In this document: in pieces, positions 12,527-23,775 of the stretch
How the letters are laid out: each line of letters starts with the position of its first letter
Numbering within the stretch: position 1 is the stretch's first letter
Assembly: GCA_002269645.1 (NCBI GenBank)
Contig: NIVC01000130.1
Location: forward strand, 682,001 to 746,000
Reading direction: 5' to 3'
Source of the DNA: Macrostomum lignano
Lineage: Eukaryota
Length of the DNA: 64,000 nucleotides
The notes under the pieces: generated by a model
Seen by the model: the letters and a program-made list of their open reading frames with translations, nothing else
Told to the model about the DNA's origin: nothing
The model's database searches: none
Made by a program: the position numbers and the translations under genes

Positions 12527-13362
12527 GACAGTAGTGAGAGTGACAGATTCTGAGTGCCCATCTGACAGCTGTTTCTGTCTTTTAAAGAAACCAAATCGGT
12601 TTTTTATGAGCCTGAATTTAGTAATCATTGGTTTCTCAAAATTATGGCTGTTACGAGCTAGGTTGGAGTTCAAAATTTACTGATTTTACAAAGCGAGATA
12701 CAAAAGTAGGAAAAAGTCCGGATTTCATCAGAAATCAAATGTTTAAAACTGGACAGGCTACATATATGTGGATATATATAAGAGGGGCATGCAGATGTGG
12801 GGGTGAAGGCAGCTCCAGCCAATCAACGAACGAGAGGATGAACCCATGTAGTTTCTACTAAACTATGCTTTGTTGGAGGCCGCAAAAGTACATATTTTAC
12901 CTCTCTCAAAAAAACGCACGTATGCTTTTGGTTCCTTCCAACATTATATTTTACATTCTCGTCGTATTCAATGATCTACATTCAAACTAAGTCTCCTGCA
13001 TAGATCGATTGCAAACTGTGAAACTTTAGTGGTCGAGAGAGAGAGCGCGAGAGACGGAGACAGAAAGCCAGGCACGCAGGATCAAGTGCGATTTCGAAGA
13101 CAATGAGCAATGATCTAAGGCTACTCACCCGGCTCCCATTCTTTTCTGCCCGCGTCTGTCTGTCTGTCTGTCTAAAACCTGCTTCAGACCGCAACTAAGG
13201 AAGCAACTTGCGGAATTCTCGCCACTCTCGAGCAATGCACAGCTAGAATGCAGTACAGTGCAGTGCAGTGTACGCCTATTTCGCAAGCTAACACTTGAAA
13301 AAAACTCTCTTAAAGCGTTGAGGGAGTGGAGAATTTTTTTCGGGAAACGAGACCTCAAAGCA

Positions 13363-14256
13363 ATGTTCCTCCTACTGAACAACGGCAAACGCGAGCAGCA
13401 GCAGCAGCAGCAGACGCCGGAGCCAACTCAGTTCGGTCGTCGGGCGTTTCAATTTGACGTGGACGACAATTTCGACGCATCCTGGGACACGCCCTCGTCA
13501 CCGATGCGTCGGCAACAGCAGCAGCAGCGGCGGCAGCAGCAGCAGCAGCAACCGAAGTACTATCCGGAGAATCATCCAATTCATCCAGAAGATGAACGAC
13601 TCAACGTGAAATGGCCCGCCAAACGGGAGACTCGGCCTCAGCAGCAGCAGCAGCAACAGCAGAAGCCGTCCAAGAGTAGCGGAGTGCAAGCTGGTGTTGT
13701 ATCAGCTGATTCAGATGGATCTTTTGAGCATAGGTTTGTGGGTGTGACGATATCGTAGGTTGGGAGTTGAGGTGTTTTCAGGGAGTGAGGTGGACGCCGG
13801 GAGTGAGGTGGGTGCAGAGAGTGAGGTGGTTGCAGAGAGTGAGGTGGGTGCAGAGAGTGAGGTGGGTGCAGGGAGTGAGGTGGGTGCAGGGAGTGAGGTG
13901 GGTGCAGCTAGGGAGTGAGGTGGGTGCAGGGAGTGAGGTGGGTGCAGCTAGGGAGTGAGGTGATGCAGCTAGGGAGTGAGGTGGGTGCAAGGGAGTGAGG
14001 TGGGTGCGGGGAGTGAGGTGGGTGCACGGAGTGAGGTGGGTGCAGCGAGTATGGCTGGTACTGACAAAATTTCAACAAAAGCACAAAAATCAATAGCCAG
14101 TCCCAATTTCGAACAACTCTGGTCAGACTTGGCGGCAGAGCGCAGACGCCACTCAGCTATCATTCATCGCCAGTGTCGCAACGATTTATGCCGTCGACAA
14201 TGCAACCGCAGCCACTGCCGCCTCCGCCGCCAATGCCGAAGCAGACCCTGCCTTTA

Positions 14257-14287
<31 letters not shown>

Positions 14288-17200
14288 CAATGTCGCTGCT
14301 GGCTCGACCAGGTGCTGGACCGCCGCCTCCTCAGCAATTTCAATATCAACTACAGCAGATATCTCAGCAGCAGCCGCAGCAGCAGCAGCAGCAGCAGCCA
14401 CCGCTGGCTGACCAGCACCTGCACAGACTATTCGAAGAGATTTATGCACTACGCGGCGAAGCGGAGACGGTGCAGTTCAAGTACCGTCAGGAGCGCGACG
14501 CCTGGGCCTACGAGAATGCCGCACTGCAGGCGAGACTGGAGGACCTGGCTCAGAGGGCGGAGCGGCAGGCGGGAGTCGAGGCGGCCTACACTGAGGAGCT
14601 TGAGACTCTGCAAGCGGAGAACCGGGACCTGCGAATCCAGATGCAGGAGGAGCGGCTGGCCAGGGAGCTGGAAGCTGGCGATGATGCTGCGGCCAAAAGC
14701 GGAACTGCAGCTGCCGCTGGCGATCCGGCAACTCAACAGCAGGTGGATCAGCTGGTGAATGAGCTGGCAGCTTTGAAGGTAAAACTGCTGCTGACTTGGC
14801 TGCGGGTGGTGCTCGAGTGGGGTGGGTGATTACTGGAGTGAGTGGGATGATGCTGGAGTGAGGTGGGGTGGGTGTTGCCGGAGTGAGGTGGGGTGGGTGT
14901 TGCCGGAGTGAGGTGGGGTGGGTGTTGCCGGAGTGAGGTGGGGTGGGTGTTGCCGGAGTGAGGTGGTGTTGCCGGAGTGAGGTGGGTGTTGCCGGAGTGA
15001 GGTGGGTGTTGCCGGAGTGAGGTGGGTGTTGCCGAAGTGAGGTGGGTGTTGCCGGAGTGAGGTGGGTGTTGCCGGAGTGAGGTGGCTGTTGCCGGAGTGA
15101 GGTGGCTGTTGCCGGAGTGAGGTGGCTGTTGCCGGAGTGAGGTGGGTGTTGCCGGAGTGAGGTGGCTGTTGCCGGAGTGAGGGGGGTGTTGCCGGAGTGA
15201 GGTGGGTGTTGCCGGAGTGAGGTGGGTGTTGCCGGAGTGAGGTGGGTGTTGCCGGAGTTTCCTGTTTCATCGCAGCTAATTAAATGAATGACATCATCCC
15301 AGCGTGATCTGGAGCGGCTGCAACACCGCTATCGCACAGAGCGCGACCGTTGGTCGGCCCGACGCCGCGAGCTGGAGAAGGCCATCGACGATCTCATTGC
15401 TGGCAAAGATCCGAAAGCGGTGCAGAAGCGATTGAAAGCGGCGGAAGCGGCCGAGCCGAAAGCTGAGGAGCTGCACCGAAGCGGCTTCGATCCGGTGGCC
15501 GACGATGACGACTTGGCCACGGCCACCATGGCCTACTATTCCAGCGCCAACACCGTCAAAAAGGAGAAGGCCGTGCTGGAACTCGAGTTAGAAGACGAGA
15601 AAAGAAAGAATAGAGTACTAGAAATTGAGGCGAGTGAGCTCTAATGATGTACCGAGGAGCAAATCATGGACGCACTCATTAAGTCATAAACTCATGAACT
15701 CACTCATGAACTCCCTCATGAACTATTAACTCATGAACTGACTCATGAACTCACTTATGACTTCACTCATAACCTCACTCATAAACTCACTCATAAACTC
15801 ACTCATGAACTCACTCATGAACTCACTAATGAACTCACTCATGAACTCACTCATGAACTCGCTCATAAATTTACTTATAAACTCACTCATTAACTCACTC
15901 ATAAACTCACTCATAAATTTACTTATAAACTCACTCATAAACTCACTCATGAACTCACTCATGAACTCAATCATGAACTCGCTCATGACTTCACTCATAA
16001 CCTCACTCATGAACTCACTCATAACCTCACTCATGAACTCACTCATAAACTCACTCATGAACTCACTCATAAACTCACTCATAAATTTACTTATAAACTC
16101 ACTCATGAACTCACTCATGACCTCACCCTCTACCAAGGTGGAGGTACTTCGGGACCAGGTGATGCGAGCAAACAAAAAAGTTCGCGGCGAAGTTGCCGAT
16201 GACGGCGAAGCCGAAGGAGCCGCTGGTAGCCGGGATGCCGATTTACCGTTGGAGAAGGGCTCCGTTGAGGCGTCCGAGAAGCGTCGGGACTCGCGAAGAC
16301 CTTCTGAGACACCGGTTGGGTCACTAGTTGATTATTGTGTCTGGTTTTCCAGATCCCATCCATCCGATCCCCAAATCCCATTCACCCAATTCCCAAATCA
16401 AAGATTCACAAAATCCGAAACTCCAAATCTCGATCCCAAATCTCAAGTACAAAATCACAGATCCCAAATCAAAAATCTTAAACCCTAAATACCGAATCCT
16501 AAATTCTACACTCCAAACCCCAGATTCCTAATCCCAAATCCCAAATCCCAAATCCCAAATCCCAGATCCCAGATCTCAAGCCCAAAATCCTAAATCGAAA
16601 ATCCCAGATCCTAGATCCCAAGCCCTAAATCCCAAATCCCTAATCGAAAATCCCAGATCCCAGATCCCAGATCCCAAATCCCAAATCGAAAATCCCAGAT
16701 CCCAGATCCCAGATCCCAAGCCCTAAATCCAAAATCCCAAATCGAAAATCCCAGATTCCAGATCCCAGATCCCAGATCCCAAGCCCTAAATCCCAAATCC
16801 CAAATCCCAAATCCCAGATCCTAAACCCCAAATCCCAAATCCCAGATCTCGAATCCCAACCTGATTTCAGCGCAAACACGAGCGCAAGGACCCTTACTCA
16901 AGCACCCCGGACGAGCAGCAGCAAGAGGATCAGCCGAAGCAAAAGCAGAAGCCGGCAACTGTGCAACAGAAGCTAAATGAAGCGCGCGAAGAGCTCAAGG
17001 CGGCCGCTGAGGAGCGGGATCAGGCTCGAGCCGAAGGCGAACGACTCAAAGCTGAGAACGAGCGACGCCGAGAGGAGAACAAACGGATGAAGGACGAGCT
17101 GGTTCGCGCGGCTGAGCAAGAAGAGAAAGCCAATGAGGAGCGGAAACGCGACGCGGAAGAGAAAGCCAGACTGGAAGACGAGAATCGCGAGCTCAAAGAC

Positions 17201-17954
17201 AAGCTGGACAAGCAGAGACGCGAGAACGACGCTGAGGTGGACAAGTTGAAGCAGGAGAAGCGCCGGCTGGAGGACAAGCTGAGGAACATCAGGGACAAGT
17301 GAGGACTTCTTTGATGTTGATGCATTGTCCACGAACTAGTGACCCCACTCACCGAATTAGTGACCCTCTCACTGAATAAGTAACCCCTGTCACCAGAGTG
17401 GTGGCCTGTCACCAGAGTGACGCTGTCACCAGAGTGGCCTGTCACCAGACTGACCCTGTGAACAGAGTGCCCCATGACACTAGAGTGACCTGTCGCCATA
17501 GTTACACCTGTCGCCATAGTTACACCTGTCGCCATAGTTACACCTCTCGCCATAGTTACACCTGTCGCCATAGTTACACCTGTCGCCATAGTTACACCTG
17601 TCGCCATAGTTACACCTGTCGCCATAGTTACACCTGTCGCCATGGTTACACCTGTCGCCATAGTTAAACCTGTCGCCATAGTTACACCTGTCGCCATAGT
17701 TACACCTGTCGCCATGGTTACACCTGTCGCCATAGTTACACCTGTCGCCATGGTTACACCTGTCGCCATAGTTACACCTGTCGCCATGGTTACACCTGTC
17801 GCCATAGTTACACCTGTCAACAAGGAAATCGATATAAACCTTAATGCAATTTCGCACCTCCTACTTGTACAATTTTTCTAGAATGGCCGACGGTCAAAAG
17901 AACTACAAGCACTTCCAAGGCGAATTTGAAGAGCTGGCTAAACTTTGCGAGTGA
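13363..17954 (+). CDS. Q/P-rich long coiled-coil protein of unknown family (~665 aa). Exons 13363-13733, 14157-14778, 15303-15629, 16138-16314, 16871-17298, 17882-17954
   Basis: Heptad-rich E/K/R/L/A segments ([24 protein letters not shown]; [28 protein letters not shown]). Phases match (2,0,0,0,2) and the sum of 1998 nt is divisible by 3. The intron 1 acceptor and exon 4 donor are less certain; the intron 3 donor is GC. Confidence 0.75.
13770..14045. repeat. 18-bp G-rich minisatellite (GGGAGTGAGGTGGGTGCA), intron 1
   Basis: Tandem array. Confidence 0.9.
14832..15258. repeat. 20-bp G-rich minisatellite (GTTGCCGGAGTGAGGTGGGT), intron 2
   Basis: Tandem array sharing the core GGAGTGAGGTGGGTG with the intron 1 array. 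Confidence 0.92.
15688..16125. repeat. 12-bp minisatellite (AACTCACTCATG/A), intron 3
   Basis: Tandem array. Confidence 0.92.
16355..16860. repeat. 7-bp telomere-like repeat (CCCAAAT/CCCAGAT), intron 4
   Basis: Degenerate tandem array; G-rich on the minus strand. Confidence 0.88.
17490..17818. repeat. 18-bp minisatellite (CACCTGTCGCCATAGTTA), intron 5
   Basis: Tandem array preceded by degenerate GTCACCAGAGTG units from ~17340. Confidence 0.92.
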
Positions 17955-18439
17955 CTAAAAATGCAAAAACAAATTATATATTAACATTTTCGAAACAATA
18001 TTTTTGGCTTATTGGTTTTTAACAATTTATAAGGTACGATTTGACAATTTCCATATAAATAAAACAAACACAGGGTAATTTTTTGCTATTTCGTAATAAT
18101 TTCGCAGAATTTCCAGTAAAAACTATTTTCGTATGCAATGTTCCTTCAAACTACTAATTGGCTGCCGTCAGTAGTAGTGAACGGTTGTTTTCCTTTAATG
18201 CAATACATAAAATATTGTCGCTAAAAACCGACGAATATTTTCTCAAACAGCTAAAGATAAGATTTGATCGCAGACTCAAGCTGAGTCACCGCCCCGTCTT
18301 ATCGCCGGCCTTCTTATCTAGCTCTAGCAGAAACTCTCCAACCCCATCTGCCCTAAGCTAATATAATACAAGTCTACTTCACTAAGTAGAACGGTTTGAA
18401 AAAATTGCCTGCAACCTAAAGCTAGATTAAGCTTGAATC

Positions 18440-19562
18440 ATGACAGAGTTTCAGCATGGACTGTTCGCCTGCTTTGATGACTGCGGTGAGCCAATGTGTT
18501 CTCTGTTAATACGTGTATGATTGTCCAAGACATGTGGCATGGTACTGTGACGAATAAGGAGAATAAGACGGATTTGTGTAGCGGTTAATTTAGATAGTTC
18601 ACGATTAGTTGGCAGATCGGCAAGCCGCTTCAACCCTTAGACTTTTGCTAGTGCTACTTAAAATTGCTGGGTCAGTTAATTAACTAATTGGTGTGCCAAG
18701 GTAGACGGCGGAAGAGTTGGTGTATAGGAGGCCAGACAGCGTCACAGCTAAGGGTTAGCAAGCCTAGGTCTAGAGGCGAAGCAAGGGGAAGGGCGAGAGC
18801 GGCTGCTGACTGCAGTGTAAGCATATATTTAAAGGTAAACAGATAACAACAACACCCTTAATCCAAAACCCAGACAAAAAAACCCCCACGCAACGCGCAA
18901 TGTACATGTACAAATTAATCGATAATATATATCGTGCAAGAATAACATCACGTCAGTACATGTACATAGGTAGAAATACTTTACGAGAAATAATAACGAT
19001 ATGAATGAAATACAAATAATAGAATAAATACATACGAGGCTACAAAAACAAAGCAATTAACAGTAAAAATAGCGCGATAATAATACGTACGAATATTGTT
19101 AAAATAAATGAAAGAATACGGTATGCATATGAAAATAAAAAAATACGATACACGCGCTTCTACGAATCACACTGTCACAGTACACTATTGATTAAGTGAC
19201 TGGGATACAGTATTCACTACATGATTGAGATGCAGCATTGATTCAGTGACTGAAATATTATGCATACACACTCAACCATAGGTCTCTGCCTTATCACCTA
19301 TCTCGTGCCGTGCTACACCTTCGGCATGAACGCCGAGGCCGTTGGCGAGAATTGCTTCGTCTGCGGCCTGGGCATGGTCTGCGGCCTCAGCTTCATTCTT
19401 GGCCCAATGATTCGAAGCAAAATTCGCGAACGCCAAGGCATACCGGGCAGCTTCATGGCCGACTGTTGTATTTGGTTCTTCTGCAGCTTCTGCGCTCTGG
19501 TGCAGGAGGGCCTGGAGGTCAAGACGTTCGCTGCTAGGCCACAGCGCATCGAAAGGGAATAG
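18440..19562 (+). CDS. PLAC8/cornifelin family cysteine-rich protein (108 aa). Exons 18440-18485, 19282-19562
   Basis: MTEFQHGLFACFDDCG|LCLITYLVPCYTFGMNAEAVGENCFVCGL...IRSKIRERQGIPGSFMADCCIWFFCSFCALVQEGLEV. Matches the PLAC8 signatures (GLF.CFDD, .PC..FG, R.KIR...GIPGS...DC...CC..CAL.QE). Phase-1 GT-AG intron. Confidence 0.9.
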
Positions 19563-19689
19563 AAAACTCAACTGGATCTCTGTGATTAAATAATTTTGCT
19601 GTCATATAATTTTATAGACTTTGTAGTTTTTATAGACTCCTTTCGAAGAATCCTAGGGGTCTGTTGTAACTTACCATTAACAGACTCTG

Positions 19690-20400
19690 CGGAGAGCGGA
19701 ATCGCTAGATAAAATGAGGTGGTGGGTTGAGGGAGGCTTGTTGCTGTGCAGTAATGAGCTCTGCGGTGAACGGAATCGCTAGATAAAATGAGGTGGTGGG
19801 TAGAGGTAGGCTTGTGTATGTACACTGATGAACTCTGCGGAGTCGGAATCGCTTGATAAAATGGGGTGGTGGGTAGAGGTAGGCTTGTGTATGTACACTG
19901 ATGAACTCTGCGGAGTGGGAATCGCTGGATAAAATGAGGTGGTGGGTAGAGGTAGGCTTGTGTATGTACACTGATGAACTCTGCGGAGTCGGAATCGCTA
20001 GATAAAATGAGGTGGTGGGTAGAGGTAGGCTTGTGTATGTACACTGATGAACTCTGCGGAGTCGGAATCGCTAGATAAAATGAGGTGGTGGGTAGAGGTA
20101 GGCTTGTGTATGTACACTGATGAACTCTGCGGAGTGGGAATCGCTGGATAAAATGAGGTGGTGGATAGAGGTAGGCTTGTGTATGTACACTGATGAACTC
20201 TGCGGAGTGGGAATCGCTGGATAAAATGAGGTGGTGGATAGAGGTAGGCTTGTGTATGTACACTGATGAACTCTGCGGAGTCGGAATCGCTGGATAAAAT
20301 GAGGTGGTGGGTAGAGGTAGGCTTGTGTATGTACACTGATGAACTCTGCGGAGTGGGAATCGCTGGATAAAATGGGGTGGTGAGTAGAGGGAGGCTTGTT
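19690..20400. repeat. 73-bp minisatellite, ~10 units
   Basis: GATAAAATGAGGTGGTGGGTAGAGGTAGGCTTGTGTATGTACACTGATGAACTCTGCGGAGTCGGAATCGCTA recurs every 73 bp (e.g. 19782, 19855). Confidence 0.93.
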
Positions 20401-21121
20401 GGTGTTCTCATTGCTCTCAATAAAATTGGCTTATTTTTGTGTTGTATGTTGTTTTAAAAATGAAATGGCAATCTATGATTTACTCAGATCATCGTTTTAC
20501 TTGATTTTTATATATGATGCAACTCAAGTTTTCTTATTTACTCTTAGTAATCGCATCTTGTCAATCTACAGCGTGAAGCTTATCCCGCGCTTGGAATGAA
20601 AATTGGAAGATAATTAAGCATCATAATTATCGTAATTAAGCATCGTAAAGTACTCTTATTGCTTGTTATTATAATAAATCCCGATTGTTGTAGACTGTAT
20701 AGCTACGAGCATAAGTTAAATGTCCAAAATACGCTCGTAAACTTTCATATTCATTAAAATCTAATTGACTACTTCCGATGTTGATGATAAGTATTTTTCT
20801 TTACTTTATGGTCTTACCTTATAATAATTGATTACACCTGCCCTAATGGGCAGATGTGCAACCGACAGCTCAGCCGCAGCTATCGCGCGGCGCATCTGAA
20901 GGCTGCGTACGGCTGTTCAGTCCAACTTTAGTATATTTCTATTGGTACTTGTGTATATGGTTCTATTCTAATAATTTTAGTCAATCATTGACACATGGTC
21001 AAGCCTTCAAAAATGGCTCTCACTACCCATTGTCTATGGCCAAAAAGCCATCTTTCACCAATAACGCGACCGTGCGGTAAATTCCAGCCACTGTGTGGCA
21101 AATTCCCGCACGAATTCAAAC

Positions 21122-21262
21122 CAAGGACTACTTAACAACTCAGGACGTTACACTCGCGAATGATAGAAATTCTAGAAACGGGCGCTTGCTTTAGCTGTGT
21201 CTATGGCAATGAAGCCTTTTCACTAACATTCTTTCATATCCTGAGTTGTTAAGTAGTCCTTG
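21122..21262. mobile_element. 141-bp MITE, hAT-like (24-bp perfect TIR, 8-bp TSD)
   Basis: TIR CAAGGACTACTTAACAACTCAGGA at both ends; flanking direct repeat ATTCAAAC at 21114-21121 and 21263-21270. Confidence 0.88.
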
Positions 21263-21465
21263 ATTCAAACTTTGAAATTTATTTCAAACAAATCTTAAAC
21301 AATAAAACAAGCACAGACAGTGGTCAGATAACAAAACAAAGCAGTTTTTATTGCAAAAACTAGTGCACCAGGATGATACTTAGTGTAACACACCTGACAG
21401 ACGTGGCGTCGTTCAGATCTTGCTAAATGTGCAGTTACTGACTGGTCTGTGGAAATTGAAAACAA

Positions 21466-22476
21466 CTAAGTTGGATATGTAGAAACAAACTTCCGAAAGA
21501 GGCCCAAGTAGAGAATTTCTTGTTGCTTTGTCTCTTCAACACAGTTGGTCTTCTCAAATTCATGCAAATCCTGGTCCAACTCCGTCAGTGCAGCTTCTTC
21601 CTGGCCAGGTCCATCAATCTCCCATAACAATTCGAAGAGTCTGTTGCTTGCCTCGTCGAGATAATCGTCATCGTCATCACCAAACACCCCGTTGCTCATC
21701 AACCAGCGCCATCACTCCATGCCAGTCCAAAGTCTGGTCTATCTCCGTAGCCGTAAGACCCGAAATCATTTCATCTCGAAATTTAGAGAGGTCAATAAGT
21801 CTAGCGGTTCGAGACATTTTCGGCTCCTGTCTTTCTTGTCTAGTCTCGTCTTTCTGGTCCAACTCAAACTTTAAGTCACCGCTCTTATAATCTCTTAGTT
21901 TGTGGTAAAACTCCAGCTTCGTGTGAAAACCCTCGATGTCTTTGGCTATCCATATATGTCTATGGCTATCCATCTATGTCTATGGCTATCCATCTATGTC
22001 TATGGCTATCCATCTATGTCTATGGCTATCCATCTATGTCTATGGCTATCCATCTATGTCTATGGCTATCCATCTATGTCTATGGCTATCCATCTATGTC
22101 TATGGCTATCCATCTATGTCTATGGCTATCCATCTATGTCTATGGCTATCCATCTATGTCTATGGCTATCCATCTATGTCTATGGCTATCCATCTATGTC
22201 TATGGCTATCCATCTATGTCTATGGCTATCCATCTATGTCTATGGCTATCCATCTATGTCTATGGCTATCCATCTATGTCTATGGCTATCCATCTATGTC
22301 TATGGCTATCCATCTATGTCTATGGCTATCCATCTATGTCTATGGCTATCCATCTATGTCTATGGCTATCCATCTATGTCTATGGCTATCCATCTATTTC
22401 TATGGCTATCCATCTATGTCTATGGCTATCCATCTATGTCTATGGCTAAAATCAGGAGATCGAAGGCTTCGCCCAT
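21466..22476 (-). pseudogene. Acidic ~169-aa protein-like ORF broken by a 500-bp satellite and one frameshift
   Basis: Removing 21948-22447 restores MGEAFDLLILAKDIEGFHTKLEFYHKLRD...; a 1-nt shift in the G run near 21687-21690 continues into VFGDDDDDYLDEASNRLFELLWEID...STYPT*. Minus-strand AATAAA at 21347-21352. Confidence 0.55.
21948..22447. repeat. 20-bp minisatellite (TATGGCTATCCATCTATGTC) x25
   Basis: Nearly perfect tandem array. Confidence 0.97.
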
Positions 22477-23127
22477 AAATCTAGGAATCTACCGATTGGT
22501 TCCTTCATGCGTAAATAGGCTAGTCCTGGCAAGAGTGCGCGTCTAAGCGATAAATCTACCATTGTCTGCCTTTAAAACCATGGACAAAATCATTAACACA
22601 CAAACTGACTAAAGGTTTCTGCTTCATATTACCTGGCGCACAATAGAGTACATGTACACCTGACAGAGCTTGGGTTGGGCATGGTAACTCAGCTGGGGTG
22701 ATTGAGGGCAAATTCTTTGCACTACAGACCTGACACGCAGGCTTTCTCTCCGTTGACTGTCAGAATTGAATGGCTGTGTTTAAATTGTGGTATTGTACGC
22801 TCAACTCAAAGCAGCCGGTGAGACTGAGAGTACAATGCTACCTAACATTGTATTGGGACGATCGGTTGAATCTATAAATGTAAAAACTGTCCGGGAATTA
22901 GCTTTGTGATTGCTACAACTCTGCCTACCAACCCTAGCTATCCAGAACTATAGGTACCATCAATGCAGAGTGCAATGTTGACATACATCTACGAGAAACT
23001 CCTGGCAAATTGTCAAATTCATCTAAACCGGAAGGGCCTTCTACATGCACTGCTGCTGGAGGTACAATAGCTGCATTACTGCTATTGTACCTCTAGTTTG
23101 GAGACTACAATTAACTCGAGCAGCATG

Positions 23128-23300
23128 AGATGCACTCTCCAGAGATTCGTTTGCCGCATGCGGCTCTGTCAAACCAGACGCCTGCGGAGCTTATGGCACC
23201 TGTCAGCAATCAGGACAATCCACCTCGTCGAGTTTGAGCCGCTGGTACCGTCGAATCTATACCTAAACTCTGAGATCTATTGTATCCGGCATCACATCCC
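23128..23300 (+). pseudogene. Degenerate partial duplicate of PHM exon 1
   Basis: Aligns by eye to ~24570-24770 (GAGATTCG.TTGCCGCA.GCGGCTCTGTC; GTCAGCAATCAGG.CAATC.AC.TCGTCGAG.T.GAGCCGCTGGT), with deletions and frameshifts. Confidence 0.75.
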
Positions 23301-23592
23301 GCCCTCCGCAGGGCCCTGCTTCTACTCAACCTCAAGGACATCAGGACGGTAACCATGGCCCTCTCGGATCATGGCTGTTTTGCCAGGCATCGCTACCTCA
23401 TTGAGCATTGAGAATTCTGGCTCTCCTGCGTTGAAAATGCGGAATGTCTTGCCTTTACTCAGGAGAGTCACCTACTTCGGCCCAAAACCGGACCTTCCGA
23501 CGTTTTTAAGCCCGAGAATCTCTGCCAGCTCGTCCGCAACCAAAGGGCTACCAGGCGAGTGACCATCCACCTCCTGGACTCTCCGGAGGGGG

Positions 23593-23775
23593 CTTAGCTG
23601 CAGGGCTGTCCCGGAGGGGACACAGCGGGAAGGCGCGGGCGCCCATTCCGCTAACCGGAGGGGGCAGTCAGAGCGCCGCGCGGGCACCGGCACCACCGGA
23701 TCTCCCTCCCTGCGCGACACCGCAGCACTAGCCTCGACGCCTTCCCGCTGTATCCGGAACCCCCTGCAGCTGAGT
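23593..23775. other. GC-rich element with imperfect ~40-bp terminal inverted repeats (MITE-like or hairpin)
   Basis: TAGCTGCAGGG...GACACAGCGGGAAGGCG pairs with CGCCTTCCCGCTGTATC...CCCTGCAGCTG. No TSD seen. Confidence 0.45.

Noticed and set aside
11427-12683. 418-aa SVSQ-repeat ORF
   Set aside because: Stop-free frame of a (GTCA)n microsatellite with a TTG start.
15276-15290. Acceptor at 15275 for exon 3 of the coiled-coil gene, or readthrough of TGA 15285
   Set aside because: The downstream AG at 15301-15302 gives a phase-0, stop-free join with CTAAT as a plausible branch point; no readthrough is needed.
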